DNA from: Candidatus Spongiisociaceae bacterium
Lineage (GTDB): Bacteria; Actinomycetota; Acidimicrobiia; Spongiisociales; Spongiisociaceae
Reading direction: 5' to 3'
NCBI GenBank assembly: GCA_965262915.1
Contig: OZ253564.1
Location: 1,728,001 to 1,792,000 of the forward strand
Length of the DNA stretch: 64,000 nucleotides
Shown here: positions 30,192 through 41,672 of the stretch, piece by piece
Position numbering within the stretch: the first letter of the stretch is position 1
Layout of the letters: each line of letters starts with the position of its first letter
The notes under the pieces: generated by a model
Databases searched by the model: none
Told to the model about the DNA's origin: nothing
What the model saw: only the letters and a program-made list of their open reading frames with translations
Position numbers and translations under genes: made by a program

Positions 30192-31300
30192 CTTCCCATA
30201 CTAGGTGGGGACGGTTCTGTCCCCGCAAACGCGACCGCACGGGTGGTAGCCGCCGTTGTGTGTGACTCGCCGGTGGCCCTGGTGCCGGCGGTTTCCTTTG
30301 GAGACACTTCGGGGACCAGCACCAGACTGTTCCTATATAGTGAAACTCCGACGGACCCTGCAAGCTTTTCAAGCTAATCATGCACGAGGCTGGCCATGTA
30401 TTCTGGCTTGGTCATCCGAAGTCGGCGTACTCCGGTCAAGCAGTAATGTTACCAGGGCATGCAGATGCTCCTTGTGCCCTGACGGAGTATGATGTGGTAG
30501 CTATCAAGGCTATCTACCAGTCCCGATGATCGTAAGGGCTCAGACGGTAGGAGTGGATGTGACCTCTGTGAGTAGACGAATAACCTGTCTGATAATGATG
30601 GCTATAGCCGGTTCTGTGATCTTGTACTACGACTGGGGTAGAAGAACAGGTGGAAGAATCCGTTTCGGACGGATCACCCGTTGCATACCTAGACACGACG
30701 ATTCCGCCATGTACTCCCGTAGATGGATCGGCGGAGGATCCAGCCCAACCTCGGAGGATAGCTCTCCTAGAGGCTGGTGATGCCACACCAGTTCACTTGG
30801 GCGATGAACTCCCGAACATTACGGAGATGCTACTCGGCACTAATCTACCAGGAATCGCAGTTCCACACGTTGTGGTGAGGGGAACGGCCCTTCCAAATAC
30901 CATACGATACGAACCTCTACAAACTGATAGCGGCGAGCTACAGTCCGATAGGGTCGCGTCACAACGACGCTGCTCACTATAGTTGTTTCGTTGACTTCGC
31001 GATCAACGAATACCTCATCGGAACAGGACCCCCGGAACTGACAGTCGCTATGGATTGGGAGGTCATAGCTCCTATTGATCTGGAGTATTGGCCGGAGAAA
31101 CGAGACTTGTGGATCGGATCCTTAAACGATCCCCGCGCCCGCACCACAGCAGCATATGAAGGAAGAGAAATGATCCTGTTCCTCAAGCCCGCACCTTACT
31201 ATCGCTGTCGAAGTGTGGACTTCATGGGGGTTGTTCACGAAGTGGTTCGTGCAGCGGGACGACGGCGACGATATCAGGCTCATCGATGCTCCTATGGTTG

Positions 31301-32530
31301 TCAAATCGATGATGGGGCGGTTTGGTGGGTGTGCAGCCAGTTCTGGTATCGGGTGGCGAGGTGGTGGTTGTGGTCTCGGCCGTGTTCGAGTGCTGAGATG
31401 CGATTGGGGTGGGTTCCGACGGCTTGGGCGGTCTGGGTGAGGGTGATGCCGCGTTGTTGGCGTCGGGTGCGTAGGCGGGCGCAGTTCGGGGTTGGGTGCG
31501 GGTTGGTGAGGAGCCGGTAGATTTCTCGGGCGATGTGCCGCTTGAGGCAGCGGATGATCTCCTTTTTCTTCTTGCCCTCGGCCTTGCGTCGTGCCACGTA
31601 GGCTTTGGTGGCGGCGTCGGTGCGCATCCGGGTGGTAGCGATCCGCCATAGCGCGTTGTTGGCTTGGCGGTTGCCGCCCCGGTTGAGACGATGCCGAAGG
31701 GTTCGTCCTGATGACGCCTGGACGGGGCTGGCGCCGCACAGCGCCGCGAAAGACCGTTCCGATTTCATTCGCTTGGGGTTGTCGCCGGCGGCGACCAACA
31801 ACGCGGCGGCTGTGTCAGGACCGACACCTTCTGTGGCCAGCAGGGCCGGGTTGGCCTGGGCGCAGAGACGCCGGATCTCGGCTTCGAGTTGGGCGATCTC
31901 TACGTCGAGAGCCTGATACCGGCGGGCCAAATGCTGTAGGGCACGCTTCGCATACGCGGTGGTGGTGTGGTCTGTGCCGGGTCGGAACCGGGCACAGGTT
32001 TTGACCCGTGCTTTGAGATTCATGCCCTTTAGCTGGTGTTTTAGCGGCTCGGGAGCTGTTACGACCAGCGCATGTATCTGGTTAGCGGCCTGGGTGCGGG
32101 CCTTGACCGCGGAGCGGCGCACCACCCACAGCATCCGTATGCACTCGACCGGGCCCACACCGGACTTGGGAACCGCGGTTGCTTCGCCCGAGGCAGCTGC
32201 CCGAGCTGCCGCCTCGGCGTCGACGCTGTCGGTCTTGCCGCCCTTCTGGCGGCGTAGTTGGCGGTTGGGGCGGTTGACCTCCACCACCTCGATGTTCATC
32301 TCGGTCAGGTAACGGGCCAGGCCGGCGCCGTAACTACCCGTTCCTTCCACCCCAACCCGAACCAACTGTCCCCGCGACTCGAACCAGGTGACCATTCGCC
32401 GATAACCGGATTCCTCCACCGCGAAAGACTCCGATCCCAGTACCCGCCCGACGCCATCCACCACCGCTGCTACGTGGACGTCCCGATGGGTGTCAACCCC
32501 ACCGTAGATAATCTGGTCTGCTTCTCCCAT
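31301..32530 (-). CDS. IS110 DEDD recombinase with C-terminal XRE-like HTH (paralog of 2638..3870)
   Basis: GGVDTH, VEGTGSYG, KTDSVDA, SPVQASSG; LRTRRQQRGITLTQTAQAVGTHPNRISALEHG. Confidence 0.94.
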   Translation of the reverse strand: MGEADQIIYGGVDTHRDVHVAAVVDGVGRVLGSESFAVEESGYRRMVTWFESRGQLVRVGVEGTGSYGAGLARYLTEMNIEVVEVNRPNRQLRRQKGGKTDSVDAEAAARAAASGEATAVPKSGVGPVECIRMLWVVRRSAVKARTQAANQIHALVVTAPEPLKHQLKGMNLKARVKTCARFRPGTDHTTTAYAKRALQHLARRYQALDVEIAQLEAEIRRLCAQANPALLATEGVGPDTAAALLVAAGDNPKRMKSERSFAALCGASPVQASSGRTLRHRLNRGGNRQANNALWRIATTRMRTDAATKAYVARRKAEGKKKKEIIRCLKRHIAREIYRLLTNPHPTPNCARLRTRRQQRGITLTQTAQAVGTHPNRISALEHGRDHNHHLATRYQNWLHTHQTAPSSI

Positions 32531-32544
32531 GATGCTCTTCTCCT

Positions 32545-32745
32545 CTAGGGGATAGACTCATTTCCGATCCCCGGACCCGTGTGCGGTTGGACAGGCCACT
32601 CACGGTGGAGAAGTTGAAGGCTCCTATTAGGTCACATCCGCCCCGGGTCACGGGCGTCACGCCCCAGGCCGGGAACGGGCCGACAGATCGATGAAAAGGC
32701 ACAAGGCCAGATTTCAGTTGGGTCAGACCCGCCCTAGCCCAGGAA
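32545..32745 (-). ncRNA. Putative bridge RNA of IS110 copy B (ends approximate)
   Basis: Minus strand carries ACTGAAATC (32710-32718) and TCATCG (32689-32694), matching the ISL3 IR target, plus donor guides ATAGGAGC (32620-32627) and TGAGTG (32597-32602). Scaffold is conserved with copy A. Confidence 0.8.
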
Positions 32746-32766
32746 CCCTCCAATTATGAGTGGATT

Positions 32767-34046
32767 TCAGTGGGGAGTGACCGATGGGAGTAGGTCCCAG
32801 TTGGGTTTCCCCGCGTAGAGAAGGGCGCGGATTCGGTAGTTCGCGAAGTTGGGTAACCCGAACGCTGCTCGTTTGATCCGTTTGATGAGGTTGTTGAGGG
32901 CTTCGGTGGGTCTGTTGGTTACCTTCGAGATGTGCCAGTTGGTGATCTGGGGGGTCCAGCGGGCGATGGTACGTCCCAGCTTGTTGATCTCGGGTGGGCA
33001 GGATTCGTCCTGGAGGTCGTCTGCGAGCCCGAGGGTGTATCGGAGAGCAAGGACCGGACTTTCGATCCCGTAGATGCCCCGTACCGTTTCGGTTGCGTGC
33101 CAGGCGGTGCGTACCTCCCCGTGGGGGTCACCGGCATCCAAAAGACCACGCAGCCGGGTTTGACCGCGGTCGCTGATCCTCTCATGCGCAGCGGTGAGGA
33201 GGCGGCGTATCCGATACAGCGGGTCATCCTTGCGGCCTCGATGCCCGAGGGTTTCGTTCTGGGTGCGGCGTCGTACTTCGTCGAGTCGCTGGTTGGCCAA
33301 GCGGATGACGTGGAAGGGGTCTGCTACCTGCACAGCGTTCGGGAGCACCCGGTTATACGCCTTCCGATACGAACCGGACATGACCCGACACCGCCCAGCG
33401 GATAGCCTCACACCATTCGGTGGGCTGCGCCCGGAACCAGGCTGCGGCGCTTTCTGCCGTTCTACCACCGACTATGTCGAACCGGCTGGTGGCCTCCCAC
33501 GTCGACGACAGAGGTGCACCAGACTTTGGTACGCCAACGGCCCCGACGCCAGAACAACGTCTCGTCCACTCCCACAGCTTCGACGGTCCCGACCCGATCG
33601 GTGTCTGCTTCCAGCAGCGCTTCGCCCCAGCGGACGACCTCATTGTTCACCGTATGCCAATCACAACCCAACTCTGCGGCGACCTCGTCGACCGAACGGC
33701 CCCGCCCACCCACCCCGATGGTCACCCACCGGGCCGCTCTCGATGTCAACAACGCCCGTTGGGGACCAATCGTGGGGTCTTGTTCGATGAACGATCTGAT
33801 CTCACAGTCGGGGTTCGGGCACGTCCAGCGGCGTTTCCGCCACCGCAGCCGAACCGGACGGCCGAACGCCGGTAGATCCACCAACACAACCGTTCTGTGA
33901 CCCTTGGACCACACCGGGCCGCCACAGGACTCACACAACGGGCGGGGCTTGCGGGACCCGATCACCACCCCAAGCGGTGCACCCTCGCCCGAGTCGTTGA
34001 TCCCTACCAGATCAACGTCGCCCAGGCCTACCAACAACTCGCACAT
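32767..34046 (-). pseudogene. ISL3 transposase, frameshifted
   Basis: CESCG..DLP.FG.PV.L.W.KRRW.C zinc finger, VGVDET, VADPFHVIRLAN, TN..TEALNN.IK.IKR.AFG..NF.NYR.R.LL, spread over three frames. Confidence 0.9.
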
Positions 34047-35339
34047 GCGCGCAGGGATCAGCTTCCACAGGGGTCCTCCTGCCTCGGATGTCTTTTCTCA
34101 GCACCCGATTATGGAGGACCCCCCATCACTTCTGGTGGATTACCACTCCCCCTGGCAGATCCCCGACTCCCCACTCATTTCCGAAGAGCCCGATATCAGA
34201 GCCGTCGCAGAGGAGATCTCCTTGGCGGAGACCGACGCGCAGCGGAACAGTCTGGACGTTCCGCTGGCCACGCTGCTGTCCCAGATCCGAACGGCTGCCG
34301 CAACCAGAACAGCACGTGTAGCCACATCCGACCCCGGACCCGACCCCGGCGCGGCTGCCAGGTCGGCGTCAGACGAATCGTCGACCTCTATGACCACCGT
34401 AGCGGGAATTCTGAGACCGGAGGGTGGTCTAGGTAGCGAGAAACCCGTAGCGGTGTTGATCACCGACGCCAACCGGCTGAGAGATGCCTATGTGGAGTTC
34501 GGAGGGACCTATGAGGGTGAGGACGCTACGACGGTGTTGCCGCCGCCTCCGCCGGAGCCGCCTGGTGTGCCTACCAATGTTGGGATGTCGGTTGAGGATG
34601 GTGTGGTTCTTGTTACCTGGGATGAGCTGGAGTCGGGTGGGGATGTGGAGGAGTATCGTGTCTGGTTCTTGTCCGAGCTCGCGGATGGGGGCCACGAAGT
34701 CGTTCTACAACGTCGCGTCGTATCTGGGTGAGCGGTTCTTCGAGATCACCTATATGGTGGGGTTGTTCGGTGACGAGTTCTCGGTGCAGGTGCGGGCGGG
34801 TAATCGTGTGGGGTTTTCGCCGTGGACCGAGAAACGTTTCTTTACCACACCGTCGTCATCGTCGGCGTGATGCCTGCTCTCGGTGATCTGTCTGTGGTTT
34901 GATTGCAACCGGCCGCGGTGTGGTGACCTGTGGTCGTGGTCGTAGGGGTGGGACCGGGGTGGGCCGGGGTTTCAGCGGTGCGGGCTTTCCGATCGAGTGG
35001 GTGTAGGTAGGTGGGATCTCCCTTGTTGAGGTGGGCCGGCGCGAACCCGTTCCCGTCGCCGGGTCAAGATCCCGAGACTGTCTGTGTCACAAACATAGAC
35101 AGGCCCGACTATTGCCCGGCCCGTCGGGCCAAGGTTGCTCACCTTGACGTGGTTCTGCAGAGGAGAATACCGCTTCGCGCTCCGGCCGACAACTAGCGTG
35201 ATCGGGTCGATGTCCAAAGGAACGAGTAGGCGCGTACATCGATGGATTCAACCTGTACTACGGTCTTGGAGATGGCGGGCTACGCTCGTCCCGGCGGCCG
35301 GATGGTGTCCTTCTCTCCGCAGACGCGCTACCGGGATAA

Positions 35340-37567
<2,228 letters not shown>

Positions 37568-38127
37568 TCCTGTCACAGTCGGGTGGCACTATGGGTGTAC
37601 CAAGCACCGGGGCGGTGCCGAACCGGACGTCGTTCGACCGCCAGGGATCACGAATTCGCGGGACCGCATAGCCCGGCTGCGAGCGGGCAGAACGCGTTCC
37701 GAGTCCTGGAAGGTGGTGGTGGGGGTGGGCCCGATGCAAGGGTGGGTGGCGGCGTTTTTCACGATCTGGTGGCGCCAACCGGAGGATGGGCCAGGCAGGC
37801 AGTGCCGGACTCACAGGCGTTAGCCACGGACCGCCGGTCGCCGGACAACCGACTCGGCACTGTTCACCGGCGCGTCGGGCTGGTGGTCTGTCTGCAGAAC
37901 AACTTGCCGTGCCCTGCTTGCCGACGACGCCCCTCGCTGCGTTCCGCCTCCTCGAAGTACGCTGGGGGTACGCCTTCGTCGGCGGGCCTTGCGAGGACTG
38001 CCGCTGTCGGCGTATGCCACGATGCCATGTCGCAGACAGACCACTAGCATCGGGCAACCCACCCTCGGGGTGGGCAATACCTACCCGGAGAGGCCACGAC
38101 AGGTCCCTATAAGAGAGGTGTGACAGC

Positions 38128-38436
38128 GTGCCGATGTCCTATCTAGCCCAGGCCCAAGGTGACAGCTTCAGTTTCCTGCTGCCCCTGCTGCTCCTGGGAG
38201 CCCTCATGTACTTCCTCATCATCCGTCCGCAGCGCAAGCGGTCGCGGCGCCAGCGGGAGTTGTCCGCAGCTCTGGAGATCGGGGATCAGGTAAGAACGAT
38301 CGGTGGACTGCTCGGTGTGGTGGTCGGACTGGGTGACGACTGGGTGTTGCTCGGTGTCGAAGATGGCCGCGTCAGGGTGCAACGCAGCGCCATCGCCGGT
38401 CGGGCCGGACCCGACAACCCTTCCGATACGAGGTAG
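38128..38436 (+). CDS. yajC: Preprotein translocase subunit YajC
   Basis: YFLIIRPQRKR, L..GD.V.TIGG..G. Confidence 0.92.
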   Translation: MPMSYLAQAQGDSFSFLLPLLLLGALMYFLIIRPQRKRSRRQRELSAALEIGDQVRTIGGLLGVVVGLGDDWVLLGVEDGRVRVQRSAIAGRAGPDNPSDTR

Positions 38437-38445
38437 TAACCCGGC

Positions 38446-40023
38446 GTGTCCCGCCGGTGGACCACCGTCATCGTGATCGCGGCCTTGGCCTGGGGCGGGC
38501 TGGCCGCGGTGTTGGCGGTCGGTTGGGCGCCCAGGCTCGGGCTCGACCTGCAGGGCGGCACCTCGGTGATCCTGGAAGCGCCGGAAGGGGCCGACGAACG
38601 GGTGGTCGAGACGGCCGTCGAGGTCATGCGCCGGCGGATCGAGGACTTCGGGAGCGTCCAGGAGCCCGAGATATCCATCACCGGCGGAACCTCGATCCTC
38701 GTTCAGTTGCCCGGCGTCACCGATCAGGACCGCGCCTTGGACGCGGTGGGGAGGACCGGCCTGCTCTCGTTCCGGCCGGTGCTGTCGTGCACATCGGTCG
38801 GGCTCTCCTTCTCGTGCATACCCAGCGACCTCTCCCCGGTCCAGTTGCGGGCCGAGCAGGCGGGGGAGGATTTCGTCTTCCCGGCCGATGTCGACCCGGT
38901 GACCGGGCTGACGAGCGACGACCAGGTGAACAGTGCCCGCTCCTACCTGCCCGAATACGATGACGCGGGCAACGTGGTCGCCATCTACGAGGTGGGTCCG
39001 GCGGATCTCTCCGCCCTTCACGACGGCCTGTGCATCCAAGGGTTCGTCGACTGTTCCCGCCTCCCGACCGATCCTGCGCCTCTGACCGGCGCCGAGGTCG
39101 AATCCGCACTGGCCCTCTTCGGGCAGCAGGCCGACAGTGCCTGGACCGTGCAGCTCAACCTGACCCCCGACGGCGCCGGTCGGTTCGCCGCGATGACCGG
39201 GCTGCTGGCCCAGTTCCCTCAGGGAACCCCCAACCGTCGCCTGGCGATCGTGCTGGACGGAGCGGTCATGTCGGCGCCGGAAGTGTCGGCGGGCGTCGGT
39301 AGGGAGGGAATAACCGGCGGGACCGCCATCATCACCCTCGGGGCCACCGAGAACGCCCAGCAGGAGGCCGAGGACCTGACGACCGTTCTGCGCTACGGGT
39401 CCCTGCCGGTGGCCTTCGAGCGGTCGTCCGTCCAGAAAGTGTCCGCCACCCTGGGAGAGGACTCCCTGCGAGCGGGGCTGGTGGCCGGAATCGGGGGGCT
39501 GATCCTGGTGGTGCTGTTCCTGCTCGTCTACTACCGGGCGATGGGACTGGTCACGCTGGTGGGATTGACCGTGTTCGGGGGCCTGCTTCTGGTGATCTTC
39601 GGGACGCTTGGTGCATGGCAGGGATTGACGCTGACCCTTTCCGGGGTGGCGGGTGTCATCGTGTCGGTGGGCATAACCGCCGACTCCTACATCGTGTTCT
39701 TCGAGCGGGTCAAGGAAGAGGTCCGCAACGGCCGGACGATCGTCGACGCCACCAACGAGGCGCACAGGCGGGCGTTCCGGACCATCCTCACGGCCGACTT
39801 CGTATCGTTCGTGGGCGCCCTCCTGCTGTGGGCCCTGGCCATCGGACCCGTCAAAGGGTTCGCCCAGGCACTGGGCATAGCCACCGTCCTCGACGTGATC
39901 GTGTTCCTGCTCTTCACTCGTAACGCGGCCGCCATCATGGCGAGGAGCCGGTTGGGGGACGGGGGTCCGTTCAGCATACGGGCCGCGGCGGGCCGGTCAC
40001 CTGCGAGCGGAGGTGTCGCGTGA
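38446..40023 (+). CDS. secD: Protein translocase subunit SecD
   Basis: LGLDLQGG, LAIVLDG, LRYGSLP, GITADSYIVFFERVKEE, VKGFA. Confidence 0.96.
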   Translation: MSRRWTTVIVIAALAWGGLAAVLAVGWAPRLGLDLQGGTSVILEAPEGADERVVETAVEVMRRRIEDFGSVQEPEISITGGTSILVQLPGVTDQDRALDAVGRTGLLSFRPVLSCTSVGLSFSCIPSDLSPVQLRAEQAGEDFVFPADVDPVTGLTSDDQVNSARSYLPEYDDAGNVVAIYEVGPADLSALHDGLCIQGFVDCSRLPTDPAPLTGAEVESALALFGQQADSAWTVQLNLTPDGAGRFAAMTGLLAQFPQGTPNRRLAIVLDGAVMSAPEVSAGVGREGITGGTAIITLGATENAQQEAEDLTTVLRYGSLPVAFERSSVQKVSATLGEDSLRAGLVAGIGGLILVVLFLLVYYRAMGLVTLVGLTVFGGLLLVIFGTLGAWQGLTLTLSGVAGVIVSVGITADSYIVFFERVKEEVRNGRTIVDATNEAHRRAFRTILTADFVSFVGALLLWALAIGPVKGFAQALGIATVLDVIVFLLFTRNAAAIMARSRLGDGGPFSIRAAAGRSPASGGVA

Positions 40024-41075
40024 GCACCTTGACCCGGCTGTACCGGGGCGAGACATCCTTCGGGTTCGTGGGCCGGTCACGCCAGTGGTTCATCGTCTCC
40101 GGAGTGGCCATGGTGCTGTGCCTGGGGAGCCTGGCGATCCGGAACTTCAACCTCAGCCTGGACTTCACGGGAGGCACGGCCATCACCATGCCCAATCCGG
40201 CGGGCACCGGTGTGGCGGAGGTTCGCTCGGTGCTGCGGTCAGCGGGCGGAACGGCCCGCATCCAGCTCGTCGACGACGGCGCGGTGGTGCGGGTCCAGAC
40301 CGAGGCGGTCGATCTGGACACCGAGCGCGAGATGGTCCGCTCCCTGGTCGAGGTCACCGGCACCGAGATCGACCTGACCGATGTGGAGTCGGTCGGCCCC
40401 ACCTTCGGGCGCCAGATCGCCCGGCGGGCCTGGCAGGCGTTGCTCGTGTTCCTCGGGGTGGTGGTCGTCTTCATCAGCATCCGATTCGAGTGGAAGATGG
40501 CGGTGGGCGCCATCGCGGCGCTGCTGCACGACCTGGTACTGACCTCGGGGGCCTACTCCCTGCTCGGATTCGAGGTCACCCCCGCCACCGTGGTGGCGGT
40601 CCTCACCATCCTCGGCTACTCCCTGTACGACACGGTGGTCGTCTACGACAAGATCAGGGAGAACGTCGCCGAGGACCAGGAGCGCCGTACCTACTCCGCG
40701 ATCGTGGATCGGTCCATGAACCAGGTTCTCATGCGGTCGATCAACACCTCGCTGACCAGCCTCCTGCCGGTCGGCTCGCTGCTGTTCGTCGGGTCGATCC
40801 TCCTCGGCGCCGGAACGCTGCGGGAGTTCGCCCTCGCGCTGTTCGTCGGTATCGGGGCGGGCACCTACTCCTCGATCTTCATCGCCGCGCCCCTGCTGGC
40901 GCTCTGGAAGGAGCGCGAGGCCGAATGGTCCCGGCGCCGCTACCGGGCCGAGCGGAAGGCAGCCGGGCGAACCGCCTCCGGTGCGCCGCAGGGGAGGCCC
41001 GGCGCGGCGCCGGGTCGGCTCAGTTCCCGAGGTCAGCGTACGTCGGGTGGGCGGACGCGGCCTCGGAAGCGGTGA
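40020..41075 (+). CDS. secF: Protein translocase subunit SecF
   Basis: LDFTGGT, VGPTFG, LHD, GYSLYDTVVVYDKIREN, RSINTS, GTYSSIF. Confidence 0.96.
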   Translation: MSTLTRLYRGETSFGFVGRSRQWFIVSGVAMVLCLGSLAIRNFNLSLDFTGGTAITMPNPAGTGVAEVRSVLRSAGGTARIQLVDDGAVVRVQTEAVDLDTEREMVRSLVEVTGTEIDLTDVESVGPTFGRQIARRAWQALLVFLGVVVVFISIRFEWKMAVGAIAALLHDLVLTSGAYSLLGFEVTPATVVAVLTILGYSLYDTVVVYDKIRENVAEDQERRTYSAIVDRSMNQVLMRSINTSLTSLLPVGSLLFVGSILLGAGTLREFALALFVGIGAGTYSSIFIAAPLLALWKEREAEWSRRRYRAERKAAGRTASGAPQGRPGAAPGRLSSRGQRTSGGRTRPRKR

Positions 41076-41147
41076 ACCGGGCGATCGGGCTACTCGGCCG
41101 GGCCCTGTGCGCCGGCGTCGGGTGGCGGTTTCCGGTACAATGAAGAG

Positions 41148-41672
41148 ATGAATGCGGCGCAACTAGGCGCCTTGGTCCGGGATATTCCCGGTTTTCCCAC
41201 CCCAGAGGTGGTGTTCAAGGACATCACACCGGTGCTGGCGGACAACGCCGCCCTGCGGGTCGCGGTCGAGTCGATCGCGGCGCCATTCCGCCACGCCGGC
41301 GTGACGATGGTGGCCGGCATCGAGGCTCGGGGGTTCGTCTTCGCCCCGCCGGTCGCGCTGGTCCTCGACGTGGGGTTCGTGCCGCTCCGGAAGCAGGGCA
41401 AGCTCCCCTACCACACCCGCCGGGAGGAGTACCAGCTCGAGTACGGTACCGACAGCTTGGAGATCCACCAGGACGCGGTGGGTCCGGAGGACCGGGTGCT
41501 GGTGGTCGACGACGTGATCGCCACGGGAGGGACCGCCGCCGCGGCGGTGCGGCTGATACGGGGCCTGGGCGCCGAACTGGTCGGTGTGGGAGTGCTGATC
41601 GAACTCGCCTTCCTGAACGGCCGGGCCGCGCTGGGTGATGTCGATCTGCATACCGTCGTGACCTATGAGTGA
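41148..41672 (+). CDS. apt: Adenine phosphoribosyltransferase
   Basis: FKDIT, IEARGF, RKQGKLP, LEYG, VVDDVIATGGT. Confidence 0.97.
   Translation: MNAAQLGALVRDIPGFPTPEVVFKDITPVLADNAALRVAVESIAAPFRHAGVTMVAGIEARGFVFAPPVALVLDVGFVPLRKQGKLPYHTRREEYQLEYGTDSLEIHQDAVGPEDRVLVVDDVIATGGTAAAAVRLIRGLGAELVGVGVLIELAFLNGRAALGDVDLHTVVTYE

Larger units (their letters stand above)
31285..32762 (-). mobile_element. IS110-family element copy B
   Basis: Ends match copy A (CACTCATAAT and TTGACAACCATAGGAGCATC on the minus strand). Removal restores the ISL3 IR exactly. Confidence 0.93.
31277..34190 (-). mobile_element. ISL3-family element whose terminal IR is split by IS110 copy B
   Basis: 8-bp TSD CGATATCA (31269-31276 and 34191-34198). 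25-bp IRs: GGCTCATC|G|GATTTCAGTGGGGAGT (31277-31285 plus 32763-32778) and ACTCCCCACTCATTTCCGAAGAGCC (34166-34190). Confidence 0.92.
30526..34870 (+). pseudogene. Degraded secreted protein with C-terminal FN3 domain, interrupted by ISL3
   Basis: Frame joins across the TSD (WFVQRDDGDDI|RAVAEEISLAE). C-terminal PPPPEPPGVPTNV..VTWD..YRV..VQVRAGN..GFSPW is FN3-like. Several frameshifts; 5' limit approximate. Confidence 0.65.

Noticed and set aside
31277-34190. ISL3 as an active composite transposon carrying the IS110
   Set aside because: The transposase is frameshifted and one IR is split, leaving only 8-9 bp at the outer end.
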